Assembly (NCBI RefSeq): GCF_009914755.1
Contig: NC_060930.1
Source of the DNA: the human T2T-CHM13v2.0 reference genome, Homo sapiens
Reading direction: 5' to 3' (one strand)
DNA length: 64,000 nucleotides
This document shows, one piece after another, positions 30,630 through 43,811 of this stretch; position 1 is the first letter of the stretch; each line of letters opens with the position of its first letter. The notes beneath the pieces were generated by a model. That model ran no database searches, was not told the origin of the DNA, and worked only from the letters and a program-made list of their open reading frames with translations. The position numbers and the translations under genes were made by a program.

Positions 30630-31049
30630 TAAATTTTCTCTAGACGAGATAATTAAGAGTGTTTGACTGATAATGTGGGTCTCTGGAAGAGTAACCAGTT
30701 CCTGTGCCAAGTGGAACGAGAAGAAAAACATGATGTGCCACGCAGGCTATACTTGTCCAATGCTGATCCCAGCTTGCATTACACAGGTGAAGAAAAACTC
30801 ATTGCTAAACAAATTAAACCCTAATTCTACACCCCTGGTGAAAGCCACAGAGAGTTGAACTTGTGAAAAGCAGCTTGATTACAAAGTAATGCCTTCTTTT
30901 CTGAAAATCTGTCGTGACTTTCAGTCAGGACTCATGGGGAAGACCCCTGATTTATTTCTCTTTCAAGAGCATCCATAACAGCCTGGCCCCTCAATGAACT
31001 CTGCTTTCAGCTGTCCTGAAGGGTGACGGCATGTCTCTCTGAGGTCTAT

Positions 31050-31349
31050 CCACAGGGAAATTCCTCATGGGGTACACAGTCTAGATTTTAAATCAGAGCA
31101 GCTCAAACATACCATCTAAATTCAGTGCAAATTTCTCCAGCTACTTTCAGTACATTCCAAAGTTTAATACTATTTATTTATATTTAAAAAAGGCTTTTGT
31201 TTTTATTTAATATGACAGACAACAAGGACACTGCTGTGGAAGAAACTTCCATGTATATGTCTGAGGCTCCAGGAGTCCAGATGAATGTACTCAGAGAGTC
31301 AGTCCTCCTAAATTAGAGCAAAAGCTGAACAACCAGGCTGAAAAAATGG

Positions 31350-31389
<40 letters not shown>

Positions 31390-32850
31390 AAAGAAGGCGA
31401 AGAAGAAAATCTTGGCAGGAGAAAAATAGAAGGTAGGCCAGTCAGAAAGAGCTTCCTGAATGACTAGAGAGGAAAGAATCTGGATGGAGAAGCAGAAGCA
31501 GAAAAATTTAGGCTACTGGCAGTCATCTGCACAACAAGACTTCCCTCTGGTCTTCACATAATTGCTCTCCGCATGTAGGTAAAGTCACAGACATGGAGAA
31601 ATCATTTTTCTGCATTCAGCACAACTCCCTTAAAGGTTTGTGACCACTGATGCTATTCCCAAGAAGGTCAAGGAAATTATGGGTGAAATCACTTTCCTCC
31701 AGCATCAGCTTCCTCAAGAAGGAAGTGCCAAAGTTTTTACTCTGGCAGAGAAACTCGTATTTCATAACATGGCCTTTATGCGGGAGTTTCTCTACCACTG
31801 TGATTATTAATATGTCTGTTTCATCTAAGGCTTAAAATTAGAACAACAGGCCTAATTAGGTTTGTTTACAATTCAGCATGTGTCAGCATGTGTAGGGCCC
31901 GAACAACACAGCATGTCCAACAGGAAGCGTGTGTGTGCAGGTCATCGCTGCTCTCCACCGAAATGGTCTCTCCGAGAGCGTCACCCATGGTGTGTTTGGA
32001 CAGGAAAGCCCAGATAAATGAACACAGCATCAATGTTGCCAGTAATTCAGAAACGGAGATATCTGGAAGTGATAAAAACTGCAATTGATAAAAGCTTCTC
32101 TTGTTAAATTTAGGCCACACATACTCTACATAAAATATAGCACTTAGGAAATGATGTGTGTTGATAAAACCTGATGGAGTTGTTTTTCCAAATGTCTTCT
32201 CCCTGCTGGGAATTTCCCACTTCGGCAGGCTCTCTCGGGCCTCCCCAGTTGCTAGTCTCCTTCCATGACCTGACCTGGTGTTGTTTATATGGCTGTTTGC
32301 ACATTTCTTAACAGCCTTTGCAAAGGGTCTTTAATGACTTTCACTCCTGGCAGCGCTTTGCTTCAGGCAGAGCTCCAAAGTCTGCCAGTGTTGTTGTGTT
32401 TATTTGTGCAGTGCCCTCCCCAGCTTCCCCTAACCCCCTCAGAGAGGGCCTGGAAAGCATGTTGCAGGTTAGATAGCTGTAGATGAGTTTTCAGACTTGG
32501 GCTGTAGCTGTTGGTAATGAAATATGGAAAGGCCATTTAAACAACTAGGAACTGTCCTCAGGTTCCCAGGCGGGCCCACTTAGAGTCCTGAACCTTAATA
32601 TTTTAAGCCTGCTTGAAGAAGTAGCATTGTCAAGATCCCAACTCCAGTACTTACCAGTTGTGTGATGGAGAATAAGCTCACTATCTTTCTTGGGCTTTGG
32701 TTCCCTCATCTGCTAAATGAAGGGAGCAAAATAGATGACTGCCAAGGGCCAACCACCTCGAACAGGCTGAGCTCAGTGATTCCTACATAACCCTAAACAA
32801 TGGGCTCACATTGGCTACACATTAGGAAAGATGGAAAATTTCCTTCTGCA
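31050..32850. promoter_or_regulatory. Candidate enhancer (NF-kB, GATA, ETS, STAT6-like motifs) in largely non-repeat DNA
   Basis: GGGAAATTCC 31055-31064, GGGAATTTCCC 32208-32218, four WGATAA within 32012-32167, AGGAAGTG 31720, TTCCCAAGAA 31656; motif evidence only. Confidence 0.35.
31352..31387. repeat. (GT)18 microsatellite
   Basis: Read directly. Confidence 0.95.
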
Positions 32851-35519
32851 GGTATCTTGAAGAATGACTAATATGATGGAAAAAGCATTGGACTCTGAGG
32901 CTAGATAGATATTTTAGAGTGTGAAGAAGATAATTAACAGTGAAATTATGTAATTCAAGCCATGAAAATGAAAATAAAATCTAGATTGTCCAGCATGATA
33001 TTTTAACCTGGACTTCCCAGCTATCCCTTTCTACTTTGTGGAGATTATCGTAAAATATTGGGGAAGCCAAGAATTCACCATGAAACAAATGAGGCAGAGA
33101 AAGGCTAAGAAAGATATATTTGCATTCTACTTTTTCAAGAAAGACCAAGAATGTCTGAGTAGGCAGAGCAAGAATGGTAAAAAGAGGAGCCAGGGGTATG
33201 ACAGGCCAGGTTCTATAAGAACATAACAGATGGGTGCTATAACTTCTGCAGCATTCTCACAGGACGACCAGGGCACTGCTGAAATCAACTGCATCCACAC
33301 TAGCAAAATTCTGATACCAAAGGACACATCCTGCCTAGAAATAAAAATAAAGATATCAAAATAAGCATCATTTGTCCTTAAAGCAGGGTCAAAGTCTTCT
33401 GATTTTGAAGTAAGAGTAAGACATGTTGGAATCAGATGACATTTCAAAACACTGGTTATTGTGGGAAATGGATTTATGTATTTGAAAATTTCAGAACTGT
33501 TCAAAACAAACTAATGTAAATGTGAAAGTCTTTCCAGTCCACATAGCCATTGCTAGGGGAATATCTCCTCTGACATTGTATTTCTAAAATCCTCATGTTC
33601 TCACAATAGATTACCTTGGTGTAAATTTCTTAGAATGATGATTTCAAAGTTGCTAGTGACATTCTTTTCTCATGAACTTACATTCAGTTCCAAGCACATG
33701 TTTATTAAATGTCTACTGTTGTATTAAGCCTGGGGACACCAAAATGAAAAAGGTAGGAGTACTGTACATCTCTGTCTCCAAAAGCTTAAAGTTGAGAGAC
33801 AGGGAATGCTAGATAAGTTTGCAGTGAAACAAAACTATAAGAGAGTAAATGTATGCATGAGTTTTTTTCCTAGATGAACCTCTTTTTATATAAATTAGGA
33901 AACACATGATCAAGCACTCTGAATGCTGTGCCTTACCACATATACTTGGGCTCTTGGTCCACCTGAGAAATGAAAGTAGTTTCCTTTAAACATTTTTCTG
34001 GCTGGTGTTTTTTACAGTGTTACCCGGGTTGATGATTCTTCAGGTAATTGGGTCTTACAGTTCCTTAAACTCCTTTCTTCTAGTGATCTTGTCCCTACTC
34101 CACCTTAATCTCTGTGTCGTCACCAACCTTGTCATTACCAAAAACTGCAACCCCTTCCTAACTTCTCCCCAGAAGGATTTATCACTGTTACAGATCATTG
34201 ACTGCTGCATATATTCCAGGTGTCCCCTTTCTTTTTCCAATTGGGAGTTTCATTGCAGGTTAATTGGCTTTGCCTTGCCATTGCATGTTGGAGGTATATT
34301 TGTGACTGGATGGGGTAGGGGTGACAGATACCATGTCTTTTTTTTTTCAGTGGCCTATGGTCTGCAAGGGGCCACATTCAGCTCTGATCAAGAGGACTGC
34401 ACAGTGTACTGTAGGAGTGGAAGAAAAAGTAGAATGGATATGTATTTTAAACTTTGCTAATAAAGTAAGCTAGAAAAAGATCAGTTGTTCGGAGAAAAAT
34501 AAAAATAAACCAGGAAATGGGGACTAGTTATGGGGGTGATGGAGTTGCTAAGTGACTAGAGAAGACTTTACTGAAATCAGGTAAAAAACATTAGAGAAAA
34601 TACTGATATAGAATAATTCATGAGGCCTAACATTTGAAGAATGGGAGTTTCAGTAGAGGATTGACAAAATGGAGAAAAACTTGAGGTCACTCTCTTTATC
34701 TGTTTTCCCAGACCTTTACTTTTTCAAGGAAAAAATAATTTCTACATAACAACCATGTCAAAATTTCTCCCTTCTCAAGTCTATTCACTGTCACTCCAAT
34801 GTGAAAGCTTTTATATTCTTTTAAAATATTTCAACTTCCCTAAAAAACTACAATTGCCTTATCAGTCAGCAAGAAGTCAAGATCATAAGATTTAAAGACC
34901 ATCCCACTGACCTAGGGAGGAAGGTTCAGTGAAGCTTTTATCTTTAAGTTGAAGCTACTCCCTCTCTAGACAATTATTTGTAGATCTATATTTTATACCC
35001 AACATCAGCAAAAGCAGTGAACCTTTAAGTGGCACCAAATTAAAGAATGAATGTCTCAGTGTGTGTCTCACTGCACTTAAAGAGCCAGAAGCAATCTGTA
35101 AGATCAAAATCACCCCCACTAGTTCCTTAATTCTGAGTGTATGAAATCATATGGCAGCTATTTACCGTGTAGTGTAGTCAGAAAAAAAATCAAATTTTAG
35201 TTATATTATTTAAAAGGCCCTGGGCAGAAAATTTTCATAGATCTATTTCATTGAAAGCAATATCACCCCTGGTACAATTGAAGGAATATGAATTAGGATA
35301 AAGAGATCTAAGCCTGGCTTATTCTACCCTTATCTTCTGGATGGATAACTTAAAGCTTGTTTTCTTTCCATCATCTTTAAAATAATAATAGTGAATTTTA
35401 AGTCAAATGAGATCATTCATATAAAAGTCCTTTGAAAAGCAGAAAACACCATTCCTAGTTTAACTGCCTTGGTTCATTAGGGATAATTATTATTAATGAA
35501 CTAATTTGTAAGTACAAGG

Positions 35520-35710
35520 CATAGCTGAGCATGCATTATTCTCATTCCATCCCTGGAGCGGCTCTAAGAGGTAGGCTTTGTGATTTTGTGCATTTTACAG
35601 ATGAAGCCACTGAGGATTGGTGAGTGTTAGGAAGATGTCCCAAGGTTTTGAGAGGTCTCGGTGGGTTAGCGTCATGACATCTGATTCCAAAGTCTCTGAT
35701 CTGATCCATT
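35520..35710 (-). mobile_element. MIR SINE
   Basis: 'cattttacagatgaagccactgagg..gtcccaagg..tctgattccaaagtc'. Confidence 0.6.
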
Positions 35711-35942
35711 TCCTATCAGGGTCTGCAGGAGATTCAAGACGTGTCTCTTCTATCCTCTTTTGTTATTGCTGTGTTGTTGGTGTTAGTTATCAGTTAGTGT
35801 ATTCACGTAATTTTCTTCAAGACTGATTGTACTAAGTAGCAGATACAAAGAGGCTGTCCTTTCCCTAAAGTGGCTTCTAGTTTAATGGCAGAAGCAATCA
35901 AGGATGCAGACAATTAGAGTGTAGCCTGGTAAGTGTTTTGAC

Positions 35943-36119
35943 CAGGGTTGACTTCCTGGGCCTGTGACCTATGCAGTCCTGCTGTACCCAGTATTTGGAA
36001 GGGCCCCATGCTTGATATAATGCTGTATTACTGCTACTTTGAAATTCTTGATAATTTTGAACAAGGAAACCCACCTTTTCATTTTGCTCTGGGTCCCACA
36101 AATTGCATAGCAGCTCCTG
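35943..36119 (+). mobile_element. MER45A hAT-Tip100 MITE
   Basis: CAGGG...CCTG termini, 'gaagggccccatgcttg', 'ttttcattttgctctgggtcccacaaatt'; 8-bp TSD GTTTTGAC/GTCTTGAC. Confidence 0.85.
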
Positions 36120-36955
36120 GTCTTGACACAAATGGAAGTGGTATAATATGGGGATAGAGCAGGGAAAGGGTTAGAAAGATGGTCTTAGAAGAAGTGCTGC
36201 CCAAGCTTAATCTTGAAACATAAGAAGGAGTTAGCCAGAAAAAAAAAAAAAGTTATTTGGAGCAGGGAGCTCCACCTCATTGCAGGCTGAGGGCCCTGCA
36301 GGTGCCCAACAGAGCTTGGTCTGGGGAGGACAACTGAGGAAACTGGCTAGCCTCAGGGGTTTTCCTTACAGGAGAAAGGACTTGGGAAGCTGTGGTGGGT
36401 TGGGGAATGTGAGGAACCTCTTCTGCACAGCCCACTGGGTAATGACGGATGTCAAATCTTTAGCACTTCTCCCCCTGCAGGAGCCACACTGTGTTCTAAG
36501 GCAGAAGATGTGATGGTGACACGGGGATGCTGGTCAGGTCCTTGGGCAACAGTATTAAAATCTAGAATGAAGGAAACAAGGGTTCGAGTTGCCTGCAACC
36601 CCTGATTGGAGTACAAGAAAGGCACCGAGCTTATCCTGAGAGCTAGCATTCCACTTTAAGCCAGAGATGGAACACTAACTACCCAGCAGGTATCGAGTAA
36701 TAACATTAGATAACCATTTTGTCATGTTTACTAAGGACCAGACACTAACTCGTAAGTACTAACTTGTACTAAACCATTTAGCTGTCCCAACTTCTCTATG
36801 AGATACTTACTGTTGAAAATAACAACTTCCTGAATAATGAGAACACGTGGACACAGGGAAGGGAACATTGCACACTGAGGCCTGTTGGGGGTTGGGGGGT
36901 AAGGGGAGGGAGAGCATTAGGACAAATACCTAATGCATGCAGGGCTTAAAACCTA

Positions 36956-37288
<333 letters not shown>

Positions 37289-37290
37289 CA

Positions 37291-37665
<375 letters not shown>

Positions 37666-38106
37666 CTATGTAACAAACCTGCATGTATCCCTGAACATAA
37701 AAGTAAAATAAAAAAGACACAGCCTAGTCAAAACTAAAAAAACAAAAAACAAACAAACAAAACAAACAAACAAAAAGACAAAGTAAAGAAAATAACAACT
37801 TCCTTCATTTTACAGATAAGGAAATCAAGGTGCAGAGAGATTGCATAACATCCAACATTGCATAGCAAGCAAATGGCAGAGGTGGGATTTGAACCCAAGT
37901 TGTCTGTGTCCAGTTTGTGCTTATAGCCTCACCACTGTATTAAATACCAGCATTATTAAAATCCATTAAAATCCCATGGCTTATGAAGAAGATAAAAATT
38001 CTTCACATGGGCAGACAGGCCCCGTCTCGACTCACCATCTCTCTAGCCTCATCTCTCCCACATGCTCTTCCTTTGAGATGCTGAAGCATTCCATGCTTCT
38101 TTGTGT

Positions 38107-38655
38107 TTGCAGCAGATAGTATTTTCCAAAGAGGGTCATCACAATAGGTCCCAGCTCATAGGCCATTCTTAGAATGTGACATTGACAAGCCTCCTAAGCA
38201 GACATAGGCCTATGCCCTCTCTCTTTGATTCTGAGTGGTCCTATGGTTACTGCAGAAACTATGCTCTATGACTTACAAACAAAAGTCACAAAAAGCAACA
38301 GAGCTTCCACTTGGTTCTCCTGACAGGCTAACTCTTGAAATCCAGCCACCACATGGTGAGAACACAGAGAACATGTGGTGAGGTCTTCCGTGGGTAGGTG
38401 CTTCTGTCAGTCCAGGCCAAGCTGAAGGTCGAGCTTACAGTGACATCATCCTCCAAACAGGAAGGGAAGAAGCCTTCAATATGACTTTGGCCTCAGCTGC
38501 CAGTCTGATTGCAACTACAGGAGAGACCCTGAGCAAGAACTGCCTCAGGGAGCCCACTTACCCCTGGAATTGTGAAAGATAATCCTAAACTGAGTGTTGT
38601 TTTGAGACACTAAGTTTTTTGGCTGGTCCATTAAATAGCAATGAACAATTGGAAC
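38107..38655 (+). mobile_element. MLT1G/H-class MaLR solo LTR
   Basis: 'tattttccaaaga..' and 'gagaccctgagcaagaactgcc..gaattgtgaaagataat..gttgttttgagacactaagtttt'. Confidence 0.6.
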
Positions 38656-38842
38656 GGGACTTTTGCTCCTTCTGTTTCTTCTGCCTGTAGTGCTCTTACT
38701 GTCCCCTTCTCCCAGATAACTTTCCTACACAAACTGAAATATCAAAGGAGCCTCCTAACTGCATCCCCAGTGCCCCTCCATTCATGTTAGCTCCTGTTGC
38801 TTTGTTATATGCTCTCTGAGACCATATTCTTTTCCTTTAGAG

Positions 38843-39090
38843 CAGGGGTCAGCAAAATTTTTCTGTAAAGAGTTAGATAGCAAATATTTTCAGCTTTGCA
38901 GGCCATGTGATCTAGGTCACAAGTACTTAGTTCTGCTGTTGTCTACTTGTCTGCATATTAGAACTACCAAGAGAGGTTCTGAGACTTCCAAAGTTCAGGC
39001 CACTCCCAGAACATTTAAACCATGCACTCTAAAGAGGGGGACATAGGTATCAGGTGAATCCACTATGCAAAAAGGTTAGGAAATCCGTGC
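38843..39090. mobile_element. MER58A fragment followed by MER5A fragment (hAT-Charlie)
   Basis: 'caggggtcagcaaaattttctgtaaagagttagatagcaaatattttcagctttgcaggcca'; 'tgcatattagaactacc'. Confidence 0.6.
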
Positions 39091-39619
39091 TGTTGAGCCT
39101 TTTCCCAGTTTGTCATTATGCATTTTTAGTGTGATTACAGTTTTAGTGCCCCATCCCTCACCAGAGCACAAGCCCAAGGAGAGTGGCTTTTACTTTGGGT
39201 TTGTTCTTGGTGTCCAACCAGTGCCTAGCATATGGCATGCTCCATTTTATATCTGTTAAATAAGCAGATGAATAACAAATATTCGTTGGATAAACTTGTT
39301 GAATCCCCCTTAGCCCCCAAATCTTTAGAAATTTTCCATTTCTCGCATGATTCTATTCATGCATTCTCTCATTTCCCCAGGATCACTCCCATAGGCTTGT
39401 CTCTAAATACTCCTTATTATTTTCCTCTCAAATTCAGTGAGTCACTAAATCTTATCCATCTACTTCCACGACATCAGCCGTGGCCACCCTTTCTTTTTCA
39501 TTCACCTGAGTTCACCTTATTTTTCTCCTGGATTCTTAACCAGGAGAATCCAACCAAATTTCACCAGTTTTCTCCTGGATTCTTAAGAGTAGAAATTCAA
39601 CTACTTTCCCAGCTTCTTG

Positions 39620-39623
<4 letters not shown>

Positions 39624-39654
<31 letters not shown>
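39624..39654. repeat. (CT)n microsatellite
   Basis: Read directly. Confidence 0.9.
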
Positions 39655-39657
<3 letters not shown>

Positions 39658-39669
39658 CATACTGGAGCA

Positions 39670-39870
39670 GAATGATATGGGCTGTGGTACCAGAGAGACA
39701 TGAATTTGGATTCTGGTCCAGCCATCAGGACACTCTTGGGTAAGTCACCAGCCTTTCTAAAGCCTCAGTTTCCTTAACTTGAATCCTGCAGTTAAAATCT
39801 TCTGTGAAAACTTGGTGTACCATATGGAAAATGCTTAACACTCTGCACACACACAGTAGGCAACAGCTAT
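39670..39870 (+). mobile_element. MIR SINE
   Basis: 'cttgggtaagtcaccagcctttctaaagcctcagtttcctt'. Confidence 0.6.
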
Positions 39871-40964
39871 TGTTGCCACTGTGTTTTCTGTGCCCTTCAT
39901 CTCAACTGGCTTCCTTAAGACACCCTGTCCCTCCACTAGAATATGAGCTCCATGAGGGCAGGAAATTGTGTCTGCTTGGCTTACTCCCGTATCCGCAGGT
40001 CACTGTTATAACGTCCATAGCTTGACATTTTTGGACCTATCTGATTTGATCCCAGCCCCCTTTCCTTGATGGATTTTCCTCACACTCTCTTCGTAGTCTG
40101 TGTTTTAGTAAAATTGAATGACTTATCCTTTTCTCACACTTCCTCTACTTTCCTGTCTTTCAAGCCTTTACTATTAGTTTCATCAGCCTTCACTGAGCTG
40201 TAATTTCTCTCAGCTGAAATTTTGTTTGTTTTTTTAAGCTCACAAGCTACGGTGTTCATCAAGTTTTTTCTGATTCCCCACAACTCTTCTGATGCTATTG
40301 CTGATAATCCTCCTTTCTTAGCATTAGATGTCTTGTACTAACATTATTGCTTTCTGTGTATTATCAGATGACTTTTGGGTATAGAGAGAATGTCTAATTA
40401 AATTTTGTGTGCCCTTCTTACATATCCTGAACCATAGAGCTCATCCAATAAGTATTAGAATATGTTTTTGACTGAACGAATGTATCCCAGTTCTATCATT
40501 CTGGGCCAAGGAGATTGCCTTAAAAGGGAGAACCCTGGCAAGAGACAAATACAATTTTGGGGGTAACTCAAAGTTGTCATTCTAAAGTTGAAATTGGATT
40601 CCTCAAGTGCCAGTGGCAAAGACAAACTGTGTGGAGAGCAAATGCACCTTGTTTGTAAACAGAGTTTACAAAGATAAACTTGTTCATCTCCCATATGTGT
40701 TTTCCAGCTGGAGCTCATATGCAATTTCCCCAGGGTTTAGACTTCAATGTGCTGGGGAATCCCCCCTGCAGATTAAGCCTTGCCTTGTTAATGCTTAACA
40801 CACCTCTAGATTAGGTTACAATGTGGAGGCTCCCCATGCTGCTAGAAGGGGATTTGCCTGTAAATTGGAACCACAAAGATCCTTCTGTGTGCACACTCCA
40901 TTTCTTACTTCCTACTGAGAGCTACCGCAGACACTTCTCAATGTAACCGTAAAAATGGTCTATA

Positions 40965-41755
40965 TGTACAAAGAGCCAGCAAACATATGAAAACGTGCTC
41001 AACATCGATAATAATCAGAGAAATGCAAATCAAAACCACAATGAGATATCTCACAACAGTTAGAATGGTTATTAATAAAAAGTCAAAAAATAACAGATGC
41101 TGGTGAGGATGTGGAGAAAAGGGAATGGTTATATACTACTGGTGGAAATGTAAATTAGTTTGGGCCTTGTGGAAAGCAGTTTGGAGATTTCTTAAATAAT
41201 TGAAAATAAAACTGCAATTTGACCTAGCAATCCTGTTACTGGTCATCCACCCCAAGGAAAGGAAATTATTCTACCAAAAACAAAACAAAAAACAAAAAAC
41301 ACTTGCACTTGTTTGTTTATCATAGCACTATTCACAATAGCAAAGTCATGGAATCAATAAAGGTGCCCATTCATGGTGGAGAGAATGAAGAAAATGTGGT
41401 GTGTATATACGATGGAATACTATGCAGCCATTAAAAAAAGAATGAAATCATGTCCTTTGCAGCAACATAGATGCAGCTAGAAGCATTTACACTAAGTGAA
41501 TTAACATAGAAACAGAAAATCAAATACCACATGTTCTTACTTATAAGTGGGAGCTAAACAATGGGTACACATGGATGTAAAGATGGGAACACACTGAGGA
41601 CTCTAAAAAGGGGGAGGGAGACAGGGGATAAAGGCTTGAAAGGCTACCTATGGAGTACTATGTTTACTATTTGGGTGATGAGTTCAATAGAAGCCCAAAC
41701 CCCTGTACTATGCAATATATCCACATAACAGTCCTGTATATGTAACCTCCTCAAC

Positions 41756-41823
<68 letters not shown>

Positions 41824-41868
41824 GCAAAGGAAAGGAAAAGAAAAGAAAAGAAAAGAAAAGGAAAAGAG
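40965..41868 (+). mobile_element. 5'-truncated L1PA16/17-class element; tail expanded into (GAAA)n/(GAAAA)n
   Basis: ORF2 end and 3'UTR 'gggtgatgagttcaatagaagcccaaacc'; TSD AAAAATGGTCTATA (40951-40964) / AAAAATGGTCTGTA (41869-41882). Confidence 0.8.
41757..41868. repeat. (GAAA)~16 plus (GAAAA)n polypurine STR derived from the L1 tail
   Basis: Read directly. Confidence 0.95.
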
Positions 41869-43811
41869 AAAAATGGTCTGTAAATTCCTTACTTAGTCTT
41901 GGTCCTTGCTAAGCAGTGACAGACCTGTGCAAGCAGCGAGTTATATTGCCCTCTACACTTCCATGTTACACACTTTTAGTAATACGGTTTGGCTGTGTTC
42001 CCACCCAAATCTCATATTGAATTGTAACTCCCACAATTCCCATGTGTCATGGGAGGAATCTGGTGGGAGGTGATTGAATTATGGGGGTGGGTCTTTCCTG
42101 CACTGTTCTCGTCATAGTGAGTAAGTATCATGAGATCTGATGGTTTTAAACATGGGAGTTTCCTGGACAAGCTCTCCTTTTGCCTGCTGCCATCCATGTA
42201 AGATGTGACTTGCTCTTCCTTGCCTTCTGCCTTGATTGTGAGGTCTCCCCAGCCATGTGGAACTATAAATCCATTAAATCTCTTTTTCTTCCCAGTCTTT
42301 GGTATGTCTTTATCAGCAGCATGAAAATGGACTAACACAGTAAATTGGTACCAGCAGAGTAGGGTGTTGCTGAACAGATACCTGAAAATGTGGAAGTGAC
42401 TTTGAAACTGGGTAACAGGCAGAGGTTGGAACAGTTTGGAGAGCTCAGAAGAGACAGGAAAATGTGGCGAAGTTTGGAACTTCCTAGAGATTCGTTGAAT
42501 GGCTTTGACAAAAATGCTTATAGTGATACAAACAATAAGGTCCAGACTTGAGATAGTCTCAGATGGAGATGAGGAACTTGTTGGGAACTGGAGAAAAGGT
42601 GACTCTTGTTACGTTTTAGCAAAGAGACTGGCAACATTTTGCCCCAGCCCTAGAGATTTGTGGAACTTTGAACTTGAGAGAGATAACTTAGGGTAACTGT
42701 CAGAAGAAATTTCTAAACAGCAAAGCATGCAAGAGGTGACTTGGGTGCTGTTAAAAAAATTGATTTATAAGAGAACAGAACATAGAAGTTTGGAAAATTT
42801 GCAGCCTGACAATGCAAAAGAAAAGAAAATCCCATTTTCTGAGGAGAAGTTCAAGCCACTGCAGAAATTTGCATAAGTAATAAGGAGCCAAATGTTAATT
42901 TCCAAGACAATGGGAAAAATGTCATCAGGGCATGTGTGAGGTCTTCACGGCAGCCCCTCCCATTGCAGACTCAGAGGCATAGGACAAAAACATGGTTCTG
43001 TGGGCCAGGTCCAGGGTCCCTGTGCTGTGTGCAGTCTAGGGATTTGGTACCCTGCATCCCAGCTGCTCCAGCCCTGACTAAAACAGGCCAATGTAGAGCT
43101 GGGGCCCTGGCTTCAGAGGGTGCAAGCCCCAAGCCTTGGCAGCTTCCACATGGTATTGAGCCTGTGAGTGCACAGAAGTCAAGAATTGAGGTTTGGGAAC
43201 CTCTGTCTAGATTTCAGAAGATGTATGAAAACACGTAGATGCCCAGACAGAAGTTTGCTGCCAGGGTGTGGTGCTCATGGAGAACCTCTGCTGGGCAGTG
43301 CAGAAGGGAAATTGTGGGATCAGAGCCCCCACACAGAGTCCCTACTGGGGCACCACCTAGTGGAGCTCTGAAAAGAGGGTGACCATCCCCCAGACCCCAG
43401 AACGGTAGATCCACCAACAGCTTGCACTATTTGCCTGGAAAAGCTTCAGATACTCAACACCAGCCTGTGAAAGCAGCTGGGAGAGGGCTGTACCCTGCAA
43501 AGCCACAGGGGCAGAGTTGCCCAAGGCTGTGGGAGCCCACCTGTTGCATCAGCATGACCTGGATGTGAGACATGGAGTCAAAGGAGATAATTTTGGAATT
43601 AAGATTTGACTGTCCCGCCAGATTTTGGACTTGTGTGTGGCCTATAGCCCCTTTATTTTGGCCAGTTTCTCCCATTTGGAACACCTGTATTTACCTAATG
43701 CCTGTACACACATTGTATTTAGGAAGTAACTAACTAACTTGCTTTTAATTTTACCGTCTCATAGGCAGAAGGGACTTGCCTTGTCTCGGATGAGACTTTG
43801 GACTTTGGACA

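Noticed and set aside
34005-34460. 151-aa ORF (also 33127-33504 and 39232-39675)
   Set aside because: No homology I recognise; composition reflects AT/pyrimidine-rich or repeat-derived DNA, and one runs through a (CT)n; consistent with chance ORFs
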